Origin: Eledone cirrhosa
Lineage: Eukaryota
Reading direction: 5' to 3'
Assembly (NCBI GenBank): GCA_964016885.1
Contig: OZ024762.1
Span: 29,946,001-30,010,000, forward strand
Length of the DNA stretch: 64,000 bases
Part shown: in pieces, positions 28,901 to 42,839 of the stretch
How the letters are laid out: every line of letters begins with the position of its first letter
Position numbering within the stretch: position 1 is the first letter of the stretch
The notes under the pieces: generated by a model
Seen by the model: the letters and a program-made list of their open reading frames with translations, nothing else
What the model was told of the DNA's origin: nothing
Databases searched by the model: none
Program-made: the position numbers and the translations under genes

Positions 28901-31900
28901 TCATGGTATTAGCTGTCAGAAGTAACTCCACTGTTGGTGAGAATTCATTTAAGTTCATGGTACTAGCTGTCAGAAGTAAATCCACTGTTGGTGAGAATTC
29001 AGTTAAGTTCATGGTATTAGTTGTCAGAAGTAACTCCACTGTTGGTGAGAATTAATTTAAATCATGGTATTAGTTGTCAGAAGTAACTCCAATGTTGGTG
29101 AGAATTCATTTAAGTTCATGGTACTAGCTGTCAGAAGTAACTCCACTGTTGGTGAGAATTCATTTAAGTTCATGGTATTAGCTGTCAGAAGTAACTCCAC
29201 TGTTGGTGAGAATTCATTTAAGTCATGGTATAAGCTGTCAGAAGTAACTCCATTGTTGGTGAGAATTCATTTAAGTCATGGTACTAGCTGTCAGAAGTAA
29301 CTCCACTGTTGGTGAGAATTCATTTAAGTTCATGGTACTAGCTGTCAGAAGTAACTCCACTGTTGGTGAGAATTCATTTAAGTTCATGGTACTAGCTGTC
29401 AGAAGTAACTCCACTGTTGGTGAGAATTCATTTAAGTTCATGGTATTAGCTGTCAGAAGTAACTCCACTGTTGGTGAGAATTCATTTAAGTTCATGGTAC
29501 TAGCTGTCAGAAGTAACTCCACTGTTGGTGAGAATTCATTTAAGTTCATGGTATTAGCTGTCAGAAGTAACTCCACTGTTGGTGAGAATTCATTTAAGTT
29601 CATGGTATTAGCTGTCAGAAGTAACTCCACTTTTGGTGAGAATTCATTTAAGTTCATGGTATTAGCTGTCAGAAGGAACTCCAATGTTGGTGAGAATTCA
29701 TTTAAGTCATGGTACTAGCTGTCAGAAGTAACTCCACTGTTGGTGAGAATTCATTTAAGTTCATGGTATTAGCTGTCAGAAGGAACGCCACTGTTGGTGA
29801 GAATTCATTTAAGTTCATGGTATTAGCTGTCAGAAGTAACTCCACTGTTGGTGAGAATTCATTTAAGTTCATGGTACTAGCTGTCAGAAGTAACTCCAAT
29901 GTTGGTGAGAATTCATTTAAGTTCATGGTATTAGCTGTCAGAAGGAACTCCACTGTTGGTGAGAATTCATTTATTCATGGTATTAGCTGTCAGAAGTAAC
30001 TCCACTGTTGGTGAGAATTCATTTAAGTTCATGGTACTAGCTGTCAGAAGTAACTCCACTGTTGGTGAGAATTCAGTTAAGTTCATGGTATTAGTTGTCA
30101 GAAGTAACTCCACTGTTGGTGAGAATTAATTTAAATCATGGTATTAGTTGTCAGAAGTAACTCCAATGTTGGTGAGAATTCATTTAAGTTCATGGTACTA
30201 GCTGTCAGAAGTAACTCCACTGTTGGTGAGAATTCATTTAAGTTCATGGTATTAGCTGTCAGAAGTAACTCCACTGTTGGTGAGAATTCATTTAAGTCAT
30301 GGTATTAGCTGTCAGAAGTAACTCCATTGTTGGTGAGAATTCATTTAAGTCATGGTACTAGCTGTCAGAAGTAACCCCAATGTTGGTGAGAATTCATTTA
30401 AGTTCATGGTATTAGCTGTCAGAAGTCACTCCAATGTTGGTGAGAATTCATTTAAGTTCATGGTATTAGCTGTCAGAAGTAACTCCACTGTTGGTGAGAA
30501 TTCATTTAAGTTCATGGTATTAGCTGTCAGAAGTAACTCCACTGTTGGTGAGAATTCATTTAAGTTCATGGTATTAGCTGTCAGAAGTAACTCCACTGTT
30601 GGTGAGAATTCATTTAAGTTCATGGTATTAGCTGTCAGAAGGAACTCCAATGTTGGTGAGAATTCATTTAAGTCATGGTACTAGCTGTCAGAAGTAACTC
30701 CACTGTTGGTGAGAATTCATTTAATTTCATGGTATTAGCTGTCAGAAGTAACTCCACTGTTGGTGAGAATTCATTTAAGTCATGGTATTAGCTGTCAGAA
30801 GTAACTCCATTGTTGGTGAGAATTCATTTAAGTCATGGTACTAGCTGTCAGAAGTAACTCCACTGTTGGTGAGAATTCATTTAAGTTCATGGTACTAGCT
30901 GTCAGAAGTAACTCCACTGTTGGTGAGAATTCATTTAAGTTCATGGTACTAGCTGTCAGAAGTAACTCCACTGTTGGTGAGAATTCATTTAAGTTCATGG
31001 TACTAGCTGTCAGAAGTAACTCCACTGTTGGTGAGAATTCATTTAAGTTCATGGTACTAGCTGTCAGAAGTAACTCCAATGTTGGTGAGAATTCATTTAA
31101 GTTCATGGTATTAGCTGTCAGAAGTAACTCCACTGTTGGTGAGAATTCATTTAAGTTCATGGTACTAGCTGTCAGAAGTAACTCCACTGTTGGTGAGAAT
31201 TCATTTAAGTTCATGGTACTAGCTGTCAGAAGTAACCCCAATGTTGGTGAGAATTCATTTAAGTTCATGGTATTAGCTGTCAGAAGTCACTCCAATGTTG
31301 GTGAGAATTCATTTAAGTTCATGGTATTAGCTGTCAGAAGTCACTCCACTGTTGGTGAGAATTCATTTAAGTTCATGGTACTAGCTGTCAGAAGTAACCC
31401 CAATGTTGGTGAGAATTCATTTAAGTTCATGGTATTAGCTGTCAGAAGTAACTCCACTGTTGGTGAGAATTCATTTAAGTTCATGGTATTAGCTGTCAGA
31501 AGGAACTCCAATGTTGGTGAGAATTCATTTAAGTCATGGTACTAGCTGTCAGAAGTAACTCCACTGTTGGTGAGAATTCATTTAAGTTCATGGTATTAGC
31601 TGTCAGAAGGAACGCCACTGTTGGTGAGAATTCATTTAAGTTCATGGTATTAGCTGTCAGAAGTAACTCCACTGTTGGTGAGAATTCATTTAAGTTCATG
31701 GTACTAGCTGTCAGAAGTAACTCCAATGTTGGTGAGAATTCATTTAAGTTCATGGTATTAGCTGTCAGAAGGAACTCCACTGTTGGTGAGAATTCATTTA
31801 AGTTCATGGTATTAGCTGTCAGAAGTAACTCCACTGTTGGTGAGAATTCATTTAAGTTCATGGTACTAGCTGTCAGAAGTAACTCCACTGTTGGTGAGAA

Positions 31901-34900
31901 TTCAGTTAAGTTCATGGTATTAGTTGTCAGAAGTAACTCCACTGTTGGTGAGAATTAATTTAAATCATGGTATTAGTTGTCAGAAGTAACTCCAATGTTG
32001 GTGAGAATTCATTTAAGTTCATGGTACTAGCTGTCAGAAGTAACTCCACTGTTGGTGAGAATTCATTTAAGTTCATGGTATTAGCTGTCAGAAGTAACTC
32101 CACTGTTGGTGGGAATTCATTTAAGTCATGGTATTAGCTGTCAGAAGTAACTCCATTGTTGGTGAGAATTCATTTAAGTTCATGGTACTAGCTGTCAGAA
32201 CTAACCCCAATGTTGGTGAGAATTCATTTAAGTTCATGGTATTAGCTGTCAGAAGTCACTCCAATGTTGGTGAGAATTCATTTAAGTTCATGGTATTAGC
32301 TGTCAGAAGTCACTCCAATGTTGGTGAGAATTCATTTAAGTTCATGGTACTAGCTGTCAGAAGTAACTCCACTGTTGGTGAGAATTCATTTAAGTTCATG
32401 GTACTAGCTGTCAGAAGTAACTCCACTGTTGGTGAGAATTCATTTAAGTTCATGGTACTAGCTGTCAGAAGCAACTCCACTGTTGGTGAGAATTCATTTA
32501 AGTTCATGGTACTAGCTGTCAGAAGTAACTCCACTGTTGGTGAGAATTCATTTAAGTTCATGGTATTAGCTGTCAGAAGTAACTCCACTGTTGGTGAGAA
32601 TTCATTTAAGTTCATGGTACTAGCTGTCAGAAGTAACTCCACTGTTGGTGAGAATTCATTTAAGTTCATGGTACTAGCTGTCAGAAGTAACCCCAATGTT
32701 GGTGAGAATTCATTTAAGTTCATGGTATTAGCTGTCAGAAGTCACTCCAATGTTGGTGAGAATTCATTTAAGTTCATGGTATTAGCTGTCAGAAGTAACT
32801 CCACTGTTGGTGAGAATTCATTTAAGTTCATGGTATTAGCTGTCAGAAGGAACTCCAATGTTGGTGAGAATTCATTTAAGTCATGGTACTAGCTGTCAGA
32901 AGTAACTCCACTGTTGGTGAGAATTCATTTAAGTTCATGGTATTAGCTGTCAGAAGGAACGCCACTGTTGGTGAGAATTCATTTAAGTTCATGGTATTAG
33001 CTGTCAGAAGTAACTCCACTGTTGGTGAGAATTCATTTAAGTTCATGGTACTAGCTGTCAGAAGTAACTACACTGTTGGTGAGAATTCAGTTAAGTTCAT
33101 GGTATTAGTTGTCAGAAGTAACTCCACTGTTGGTGAGAATTAATTTAAATCATGGTATTAGTTGTCAGAAGTAACTCCAATGTTGGTGAGAATTCATTTA
33201 AGTTCATGGTACTAGCTGTCAGAAGTAACTCCACTGTTGATGAGAATTCATTTAAGTTCATGTTATTAGCTGTCAGAAGGAACTCCAATGTTGGTGAGAA
33301 TTCATTTAAGTCATGGTACTAGCTGTCAGAAGTAACTCCACTGTTGGTGAGAATTCATTTAAGTTCATGGTATTAGCTGTCAGAAGTAACTCCACTCTTG
33401 GTGAGAATTCATTTAAGTCATGGTATTAGCTGTCAGAAGTAACTCCATTGTTGGTGAGAATTCATTTAAGTCATGGTACTAGCTGTCAGAAGTAACTCCA
33501 CTGTTGGTGAGAATTCATTTAAGTTCATGGTACTAGCTGTCAGAAGTAACTCCACTGTTGGTGAGAATTCATTTAAGTTCATGGTACTAGCTGTCAGAAG
33601 TAACTCCACTGTTGGTGAGAATTCATTTAAGTTCATGGTACTAGCTGTCAGAAGTAACTCCACTGTTGGTGAGAATTCATTTAAGTTCATGGTACTAGCT
33701 GTCAGAAGTAACTCCAATGTTGGTGAGAATTCATTTAAGTTCATGGTATTAGCTGTCAGAAGTAACTCCACTGTTGGTGAGAATTCATTTAAGTTCATGG
33801 TACTAGCTGTCAGAAGTAACTCCACTGTTGGTGAGAATTCATTTAAGTTCATGGTACTAGCTGTCAGAAGTAACCCCAATGTTGGTGAGAATTCATTTAA
33901 GTTCATGGTATTAGCTGTCAGAAGTCACTCCAATGTTGGTGAGAATTCATTTAAGTTCATGGTATTAGCTGTCAGAAGTCACTCCACTGTTGGTGAGAAT
34001 TCATTTAAGTCATGGTACTAGCTGTCAGAAGTAACCCCAATGTTGGTGAGAATTCATTTAAGTTCATGGTATTAGCTGTCAGAAGTCACTCTAATGTTGG
34101 TGAGAATTCATTTAAGTTCATGGTATTAGCTGTCAGCAGTAACTCCACTGTTGGTGAGAATTCATTTAAGTTCATGGTATTAGCTGTCAGAAGTAACTCC
34201 ACTGTTGGTGAGAATTCATTTAAGTTCATGGTATTAGCTGTCAGAAGTAACTCCACTGTTGGTGAGAATTCATTTAAGTTCATGGTATTAGCTGTCAGAA
34301 GGAACTCCAATGTTGGTGAGAATTCATTTAAGTCATGGTACTAGCTGTCAGAAGTAACTCCACTGTTGGTGAGAATTCATTTAAGTTCATGGTATTAGCT
34401 GTCAGAAGGAACGCCACTGTTGGTGAGAATTCATTTAAGTTCATGGTATTAGCTGTCAGAAGTAACTCCACTGTTGGTGAGAATTCATTTAAGTTCATGG
34501 TACTAGCTGTCAGAAGTAAATCCACTGTTGGTGAGAATTCAGTTAAGTTCATGGTATTAGTTGTCAGAAGTAACTCCACTGTTGGTGAGAATTAATTTAA
34601 ATCATGGTATTAGTTGTCAGAAGTAACTCCAATGTTGGTGAGAATTCATTTAAGTTCATGGTACTAGCTGTCAGAAGTAACTCCACTGTTGGTGAGAATT
34701 CATTTAAGTTCATGGTATTAGCTGTCAGAAGTAACTCCACTGTTGGTGAGAATTCATTTAAGTCATGGTATTAGCTGTCAGAAGTAACTCCATTGTTGGT
34801 GAGAATTCATTTAAGTCATGGTACTAGCTGTCAGAAGTAACTCCACTGTTGGTGAGAATTCATTTAAGTTCATGGTACTAGCTGTCAGAAGTAACTCCAC

Positions 34901-37900
34901 TGTTGGTGAGAATTCATTTAAGTTCATGGTACTAGCTGTCAGAAGTAACTCCACTGTTGGTGAGAATTCATTTAAGTTCATGGTATTAGCTGTCAGAAGT
35001 AACTCCACTGTTGGTGAGAATTCATTTAAGTTCATGGTACTAGCTGTCAGAAGTAACTCCACTGTTGGTGAGAATTCATTTAAGTTCATGGTATTAGCTG
35101 TCAGAAGTAACTCCACTGTTGGTGAGAATTCATTTAAGTTCATGGTATTAGCTGTCAGAAGTAACTCCACTTTTGGTGAGAATTCATTTAAGTTCATGGT
35201 ATTAGCTGTCAGAAGGAACTCCAATGTTGGTGAGAATTCATTTAAGTCATGGTACTAGCTGTCAGAAGTAACTCCACTGTTGGTGAGAATTCATTTAAGT
35301 TCATGGTATTAGCTGTCAGAAGGAACATCACTGTTGGTGAGAATTCATTTAAGTTCATGGTATTAGCTGTCAGAAGTAACTCCACTGTTGGTGAGAATTC
35401 ATTTAAGTTCATGGTACTAGCTGTCAGAAGTAACTCCAATGTTGGTGAGAATTCATTTAAGTTCATGGTATTAGCTGTCAGAAGGAACTCCACTGTTGGT
35501 GAGAATTCATTTAAGTTCATGGTATTAGCTGTCAGAAGTAACTCCACTGTTGGTGAGAATTCATTTAAGTTCATGGTACTAGCTGTCAGAAGTAACTCCA
35601 CTGTTGGTGAGAATTCAGTTAAGTTCATGGTATTAGTTGTCAGAAGTAACTCCACTGTTGGTGAGAATTAATTTAAATCATGGTATTAGTTGTCAGAAGT
35701 AACTCCAATGTTGGTGAGAATTCATTTAAGTTCATGGTACTAGCTGTCAGAAGTAACTCCACTGTTGGTGAGAATTCATTTAAGTTCATGGTATTAGCTG
35801 TCAGAAGTAACTCCACTGTTGGTGAGAATTCATTTAAGTCATGGTATTAGCTGTCAGAAGTAACTCCATTGTTGGTGAGAATTCATTTAAGTCATGGTAC
35901 TAGCTGTCAGAAGTAACCCCAATGTTGGTGAGAATTCATTTAAGTTCATGGTATTAGCTGTCAGAAGTAACTCCACTGTTGGTGAGAATTCATTTAAGTT
36001 CATGGTATTAGCTGTCAGAAGTAACTCCACTGTTGGTGAGAATTCATTTAAGTTCATGGTATTAGCTGTCAGAAGTAACTCCACTGTTGGTGAGAATTCA
36101 TTTAAGTTCATGGTATTAGCTGTCAGAAGGAACTCCAATGTTGGTGAGAATTCATTTAAGTCATGGTACTAGCTGTCAGAAGTAACTCCACTGTTGGTGA
36201 GAATTCATTTAATTTCATGGTATTAGCTGTCAGAAGTAACTCCACTGTTGGTGAGAATTCATTTAAGTCATGGTATTAGCTGTCAGAAGTAACTCCATTG
36301 TTGGTGAGAATTCATTTAAGTCATGGTACTAGCTGTCAGAAGTAACTCCACTGTTGGTGAGAATTCATTTAAGTTCATGGTACTAGCTGTCAGAAGTAAC
36401 TCCACTGTTGGTGAGAATTCATTTAAGTTCATGGTACTAGCTGTCAGAAGTAACTCCACTGTTGGTGAGAATTCATTTAAGTTCATGGTACTAGCTGTCA
36501 GAAGTAACTCCACTGTTGGTGAGAATTCATTTAAGTTCATGGTACTAGCTGTCAGAAGTAACTCCAATGTTGGTGAGAATTCATTTAAGTTCATGGTATT
36601 AGCTGTCAGAAGTAACTCCACTGTTGGTGAGAATTCATTTAAGTTCATGGTACTAGCTGTCAGAAGTAACTCCACTGTTGGTGAGAATTCATTTAAGTTC
36701 ATGGTACTAGCTGTCAGAAGTAACCCCAATGTTGGTGAGAATTCATTTAAGTTCATGGTATTAGCTGTCAGAAGTCACTCCAATGTTGGTGAGAATTCAT
36801 TTAAGTTCATGGTATTAGCTGTCAGAAGTCACTCCACTGTTGGTGAGAATTCATTTAAGTTCATGGTACTAGCTGTCAGAAGTAACCCCAATGTTGGTGA
36901 GAATTCATTTAAGTTCATGGTATTAGCTGTCAGAAGTAACTCCACTGTTGGTGAGAATTCATTTAAGTTCATGGTATTAGCTGTCAGAAGGAACTCCAAT
37001 GTTGGTGAGAATTCATTTAAGTCATGGTACTAGCTGTCAGAAGTAACTCCACTGTTGGTGAGAATTCATTTAAGTTCATGGTATTAGCTGTCAGAAGGAA
37101 CGCCACTGTTGGTGAGAATTCATTTAAGTTCATGGTATTAGCTGTCAGAAGTAACTCCACTGTTGGTGAGAATTCATTTAAGTTCATGGTACTAGCTGTC
37201 AGAAGTAACTCCAATGTTGGTGAGAATTCATTTAAGTTCATGGTATTAGCTGTCAGAAGGAACTCCACTGTTGGTGAGAATTCATTTAAGTTCATGGTAT
37301 TAGCTGTCAGAAGTAACTCCACTGTTGGTGAGAATTCATTTAAGTTCATGGTACTAGCTGTCAGAAGTAACTCCACTGTTGGTGAGAATTCAGTTAAGTT
37401 CATGGTATTAGTTGTCAGAAGTAACTCCACTGTTGGTGAGAATTAATTTAAATCATGGTATTAGTTGTCAGAAGTAACTCCAATGTTGGTGAGAATTCAT
37501 TTAAGTTCATGGTACTAGCTGTCAGAAGTAACTCCACTGTTGGTGAGAATTCATTTAAGTTCATGGTATTAGCTGTCAGAAGTAACTCCACTGTTGGTGG
37601 GAATTCATTTAAGTCATGGTATTAGCTGTCAGAAGTAACTCCATTGTTGGTGAGAATTCATTTAAGTTCATGGTACTAGCTGTCAGAACTAACCCCAATG
37701 TTGGTGAGAATTCATTTAAGTTCATGGTATTAGCTGTCAGAAGTCACTCCAATGTTGGTGAGAATTCATTTAAGTTCATGGTATTAGCTGTCAGAAGTCA
37801 CTCCAATGTTGGTGAGAATTCATTTAAGTTCATGGTACTAGCTGTCAGAAGTAACTCCACTGTTGGTGAGAATTCATTTAAGTTCATGGTACTAGCTGTC

Positions 37901-38540
37901 AGAAGTAACTCCACTGTTGGTGAGAATTCATTTAAGTTCATGGTACTAGCTGTCAGAAGCAACTCCACTGTTGGTGAGAATTCATTTAAGTTCATGGTAC
38001 TAGCTGTCAGAAGTAACTCCACTGTTGGTGAGAATTCATTTAAGTTCATGGTATTAGCTGTCAGAAGTAACTCCACTGTTGGTGAGAATTCATTTAAGTT
38101 CATGGTACTAGCTGTCAGAAGTAACTCCACTGTTGGTGAGAATTCATTTAAGTTCATGGTACTAGCTGTCAGAAGTAACCCCAATGTTGGTGAGAATTCA
38201 TTTAAGTTCATGGTATTAGCTGTCAGAAGTCACTCCAATGTTGGTGAGAATTCATTTAAGTTCATGGTATTAGCTGTCAGAAGTAACTCCACTGTTGGTG
38301 AGAATTCATTTAAGTTCATGGTATTAGCTGTCAGAAGGAACTCCAATGTTGGTGAGAATTCATTTAAGTCATGGTACTAGCTGTCAGAAGTAACTCCACT
38401 GTTGGTGAGAATTCATTTAAGTTCATGGTATTAGCTGTCAGAAGGAACGCCACTGTTGGTGAGAATTCATTTAAGTTCATGGTATTAGCTGTCAGAAGTA
38501 ACTCCACTGTTGGTGAGAATTCATTTAAGTTCATGGTACT
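27550..38540. repeat. Tandem segmental duplication, period about 5.5 kb (5,540 then 5,488 bp; 102-103 monomers)
   Basis: GTTGATGAG 27696/33236, CACTCTAAT 28547/34087 and ACTTTTGG 29629/35169 recur at +5,540. TTTAATTTC 30720/36208, AGAACTAACCCC 32197/37685 and AGCAAC 32470/37958 recur at +5,488. Confidence 0.9.
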
Positions 38541-41500
38541 AGCTGTCAGAAGTAACTCCAATGTTGGTGAGAATTCATTTAAGTTCATGGTATTAGCTGT
38601 CAGAAGTCACTCCACTGTTGGTGAGAATTCATTTAAGTTCATGGTACTAGCTGTCAGAAGTAACCCCAATGTTGGTGAGAATTCATTTAAGTTCATGGTA
38701 TTAGCTGTCAGAAGTCACTCCAATGTTGGTGAGAATTCATTTAAGTTCATGGTATTAGCTGTCAGAAGTAACTCCACTGTTGGTGAGAATTCATTTAAGT
38801 CATGGTACTAGCTGTCAGAAGTAACTCCACTGTTGGTGAGAATTCATTTAAGTTCATGGTACTAGCTGTCAGAAGTAACTCCACTGTTGGTGAGAATTCA
38901 TTTAAGTTCATGGTACTAGCTGTCAGAAGTAACTCCAATGTTGGTGAGAATTCATTTAAGTTCATGGTATTAGCTGTCAGAAGTAACTCCACTGTTGGTG
39001 AGAATTCATTTAAGTTCATGGTACTAGCTGTCAGAAGTAACTCCACTGTTGGTGAGAATTCATTTAAGTTCATGGTACTAGCTGTCAGAAGTAACCCCAA
39101 TGTTGGTGAGAATTCATTTAAGTTCATGGTATTAGCTGTCAGAAGTCACTGCAATGTTGGTGAGAATTCATTTAAGTTCATGGTATTAGCTGTCAGAAGT
39201 CACTCCACTGTTGGTGAGAATTCATTTAAGTTCATGGTACTAGCTGTCAGAAGTAACCCCAATGTTGGTGAGAATTCATTTAAGTTCATGGTATTAGCTG
39301 TCAGAAGTCACTCCAATGTTGGTGAGAATTCATTTAAGTTCATGGTATTAGCTGTCAGAAGTAACTCCACTGTTGGTGAGAATTCATTTAAGTTCATGGT
39401 ATTAGCTGTCAGAAGTAACTCCACTGTTGGTGAGAATTCATTTAAGTTCATGGTATTAGCTGTCAGAAGTAACTCCACTGTTGGTGAGAATTCATTTAAG
39501 TTCATGGTATTAGCTGTCAGAAGGAACTCCAATGTTGGTGAGAATTCATTTAAGTCATGGTACTAGCTGTCAGAAGTAACTCCACTGTTGGTGAGAATTC
39601 ATTTAAGTTCATGGTATTAGCTGTCAGAAGGAACGCCACTGTTGGTGAGAATTCATTTAAGTTCATGGTATTAGCTGTCAGAAGTAACTCCACTGTTGGT
39701 GAGAATTCATTTAAGTTCATGGTACTAGCTGTCAGAAGTAACTCCAATGTTGGTGAGAATTCATTTAAGTTCATGGTATTAGCTGTCAGAAGGAACTCCA
39801 CTGTTGGTGAGAATTCATTTAAGTTCATGGTATTAGCTGTCAGAAGTAACTCCACTGTTGGTGAGAATTCATTTAAGTTCATGGTACTAGCTGTCAGAAG
39901 TAACTCCACTGTTGGTGAGAATTCAGTTAAGTTCATGGTATTAGTTGTCAGAAGTAACTCCACTGTTGGTGAGAATTAATTTAAATCATGGTATTAGTTG
40001 TCAGAAGTAACTCCAATGTTGGTGAGAATTCATTTAAGTTCATGGTACTAGCTGTCAGAAGTAACTCCACTGTTGGTGAGAATTCATTTAAGTTCATGGT
40101 ATTAGCTGTCAGAAGTAACTCCACTGTTGGTGAGAATTCATTTAAGTCATGGTATTAGCTGTCAGAAGTAACTCCATTGTTGGTGAGAATTCATTTAAGT
40201 CATGGTACTAGCTGTCAGAAGTAACTCCACTGTTGGTGAGAATTCATTTAAGTTCATGGTACTAGCTGTCAGAAGTAACTCCACTGTTGGTGAGAATTCA
40301 TTTAAGTTCATGGTACTAGCTGTCAGAAGTAACTCCACTGTTGGTGAGAATTCATTTAAGTTCATGGTACTAGCTGTCAGAAGTAACTCCAATGTTGGTG
40401 AGAATTCATTTAAGTTCATGGTATTAGCTGTCAGAAGTAACTCCACTGTTGGTGAGAATTCATTTAAGTTCATGGTACTAGCTGTCAGAAGTAACTCCAC
40501 TGTTGGTGAGAATTCATTTAAGTTCATGGTACTAGCTGTCAGAAGTAACCCCAATGTGGGTGAGAATTCATTTAAGTTCATGGTATTAGCTGTCAGAAGT
40601 CACTCCAATGTTGGTGAGAATTCATTTAAGTTCATGGTATTAGCTGTCAGAAGTCACTCCACTGTTGGTGAGAATTCATTTAAGTTCATGGTACTAGCTG
40701 TCAGAAGTAACCCCAATGTTGGTGAGAATTCATTTAAGTTCATGGTATTAGCTGTCAGAAGTCACTCCAATGTTGGTGAGAATTCATTTAAGTTCATGGT
40801 ATTAGCTGTCAGAAGTAACTCCACTGTTGGTGAGAATTCATTTAAGTTCATGGTATTAGCTGTCAGAAGTAACTCCACTGTTGGTGAGAATTCATTTAAG
40901 TTCATGGTATTAGCTGTCAGAAGTAACTCCACTGTTGGTGAGAATTCATTTAAGTTCATGGTATTAGCTGTCAGAAGGAACTCCAATGTTGGTGAGAATT
41001 CATTTAAGTCATGGTACTAGCTGTCAGAAGTAACTCCACTGGTGAGAATTCATTTAAGTTCATGGTATTAGCTGTCAGAAGGAACGCCACTGTTGGTGAG
41101 AATTCATTTAAGTTCATGGTATTAGCTGTCAGAAGTAACTCCACTGTTGGTGAGAATTCATTTAAGTTCATGGTACTAGCTGTCAGAAGTAACTCCAATG
41201 TTGGTGAGAATTCATTTAAGTTCATGGTATTAGCTGTCAGAAGTAACTCCACTGTTGGTGAGAATTCATTTAAGTTCATGGTACTAGCTGTCAGAAGTAA
41301 CTCCACTGTTGGTGAGAATTCAGTTAAGTTCATGGTATTAGTTGTCAGAAGTAACTCCACTGTTGGTGAGAATTAATTTAAATCATGGTATTAGTTGTCA
41401 GAAGTAACTCCAATGTTGGTGAGAATTCATTTAAGTTCATGGTACTAGCTGTCAGAAGTATCTCCACTGTTGGTGAGAATTCATTTAAGTTCATGGTATT

Positions 41501-42839
41501 AGCTGTCAGAAGTAACTCCACTGTTGGTGAGAATTCATTTAAGTCATCGTATTAGCTGTCAGAAGTAACTCCATTGTTGGTGAGAATTCATTTAAGTCAT
41601 GCTACTAGCTGTCAGAAGTAACTCCACTGTTGGTGAGAATTCATTTAAGTTCAAGGTACTAGCTGTCAGAAGTAACTCCACTGTTGGTGAGAATTCATTT
41701 AAGTTCATGGTACTAGCTGTCAGAAGTAACTCCACTGTTGGTGAGAATTCATTTAAGTTCATGGTACTAGCTGTCAGAAGTAACTCCACTGTTGGTGAGA
41801 ATTCATTTAAGTTCATGGTACTAGCTGTCAGAAGTAACTCCAATGTTGGTGAGAATTCATTTAAGTTCATGGTATTAGCTGTCAGAAGTAACTCCACTGT
41901 TGGTGAGAATTCATTTAAGTTCATGGTACTAGCTGTCAGAAGTAACTCCACTGTTGGTGAGAATTCATTTAAGTTCATGGTATTAGCTGTCAGAAGTAAC
42001 TCAACTGTTGGTGAGAATTCATTTAAGTTCATGGTACTAGCTGTCAGAAGTAACTCCACTGTTGGTGAGAATTCATTTAAGTTCATGGTATTAGCTGTCA
42101 GAAGGAACGCCACTGTTGGTGAGAATTCATTTAAGTTCATGGTATTAGCTGTCAGAAGTAACTCCACTGTTGGTGAGAATTCATTTAAGTTCATGGTACT
42201 TGCTGTCAGAAGTAACTCCACTGTTGGTGAGAATTCATTTAAGTTCATGGTACTAGCTGTCAGAAGTAACTCCACTGTTGGTGAGAATTCATTTAAGTTC
42301 ATGGTACTAGCTGTCAGAAGTAACTCCAATGTTGGTGAGAATTGATTTAAGTTCATGGTATTAGCTGTCAGAAGTAACTCCACTGTTGGTGAGAATTCAT
42401 TTAAGTTCATGGTACTAGCTGTCAGAAGTAACTCCACTGTTGGTGAGAATTCATTTAACTTCATGGTACTAGCTGTCAGAAGTAACTCCAATGTTGGTGA
42501 GAATTCATTTAAGTTCATGGTATTAGCTGTCAGAAGTAACTCCACTGTTGGTGAGAATTCATTTAAGTTCATGGTACTAGCTGTCAGAAGTAACTCCACT
42601 GTTGGTGAGAATTCATTTAAGTTCATGGTATTAGCTGTCAGAAGTAACTCCACTGTTGGTGAGAAGTCATTTAAGTTCATGGTATTAGCTGTCAGAAGTC
42701 ACTGCAATGTTGGTGAGAATTCATTTAAGTTCATGGTATTAGCTGTCAGAAGTCACTCCACTGTTGGTGAGAATTCATTTAAGTTCATGGTACTAGCTGT
42801 CAGAAGTAACCCCAATGTTGGTGAGAATTCATTTAAGTT

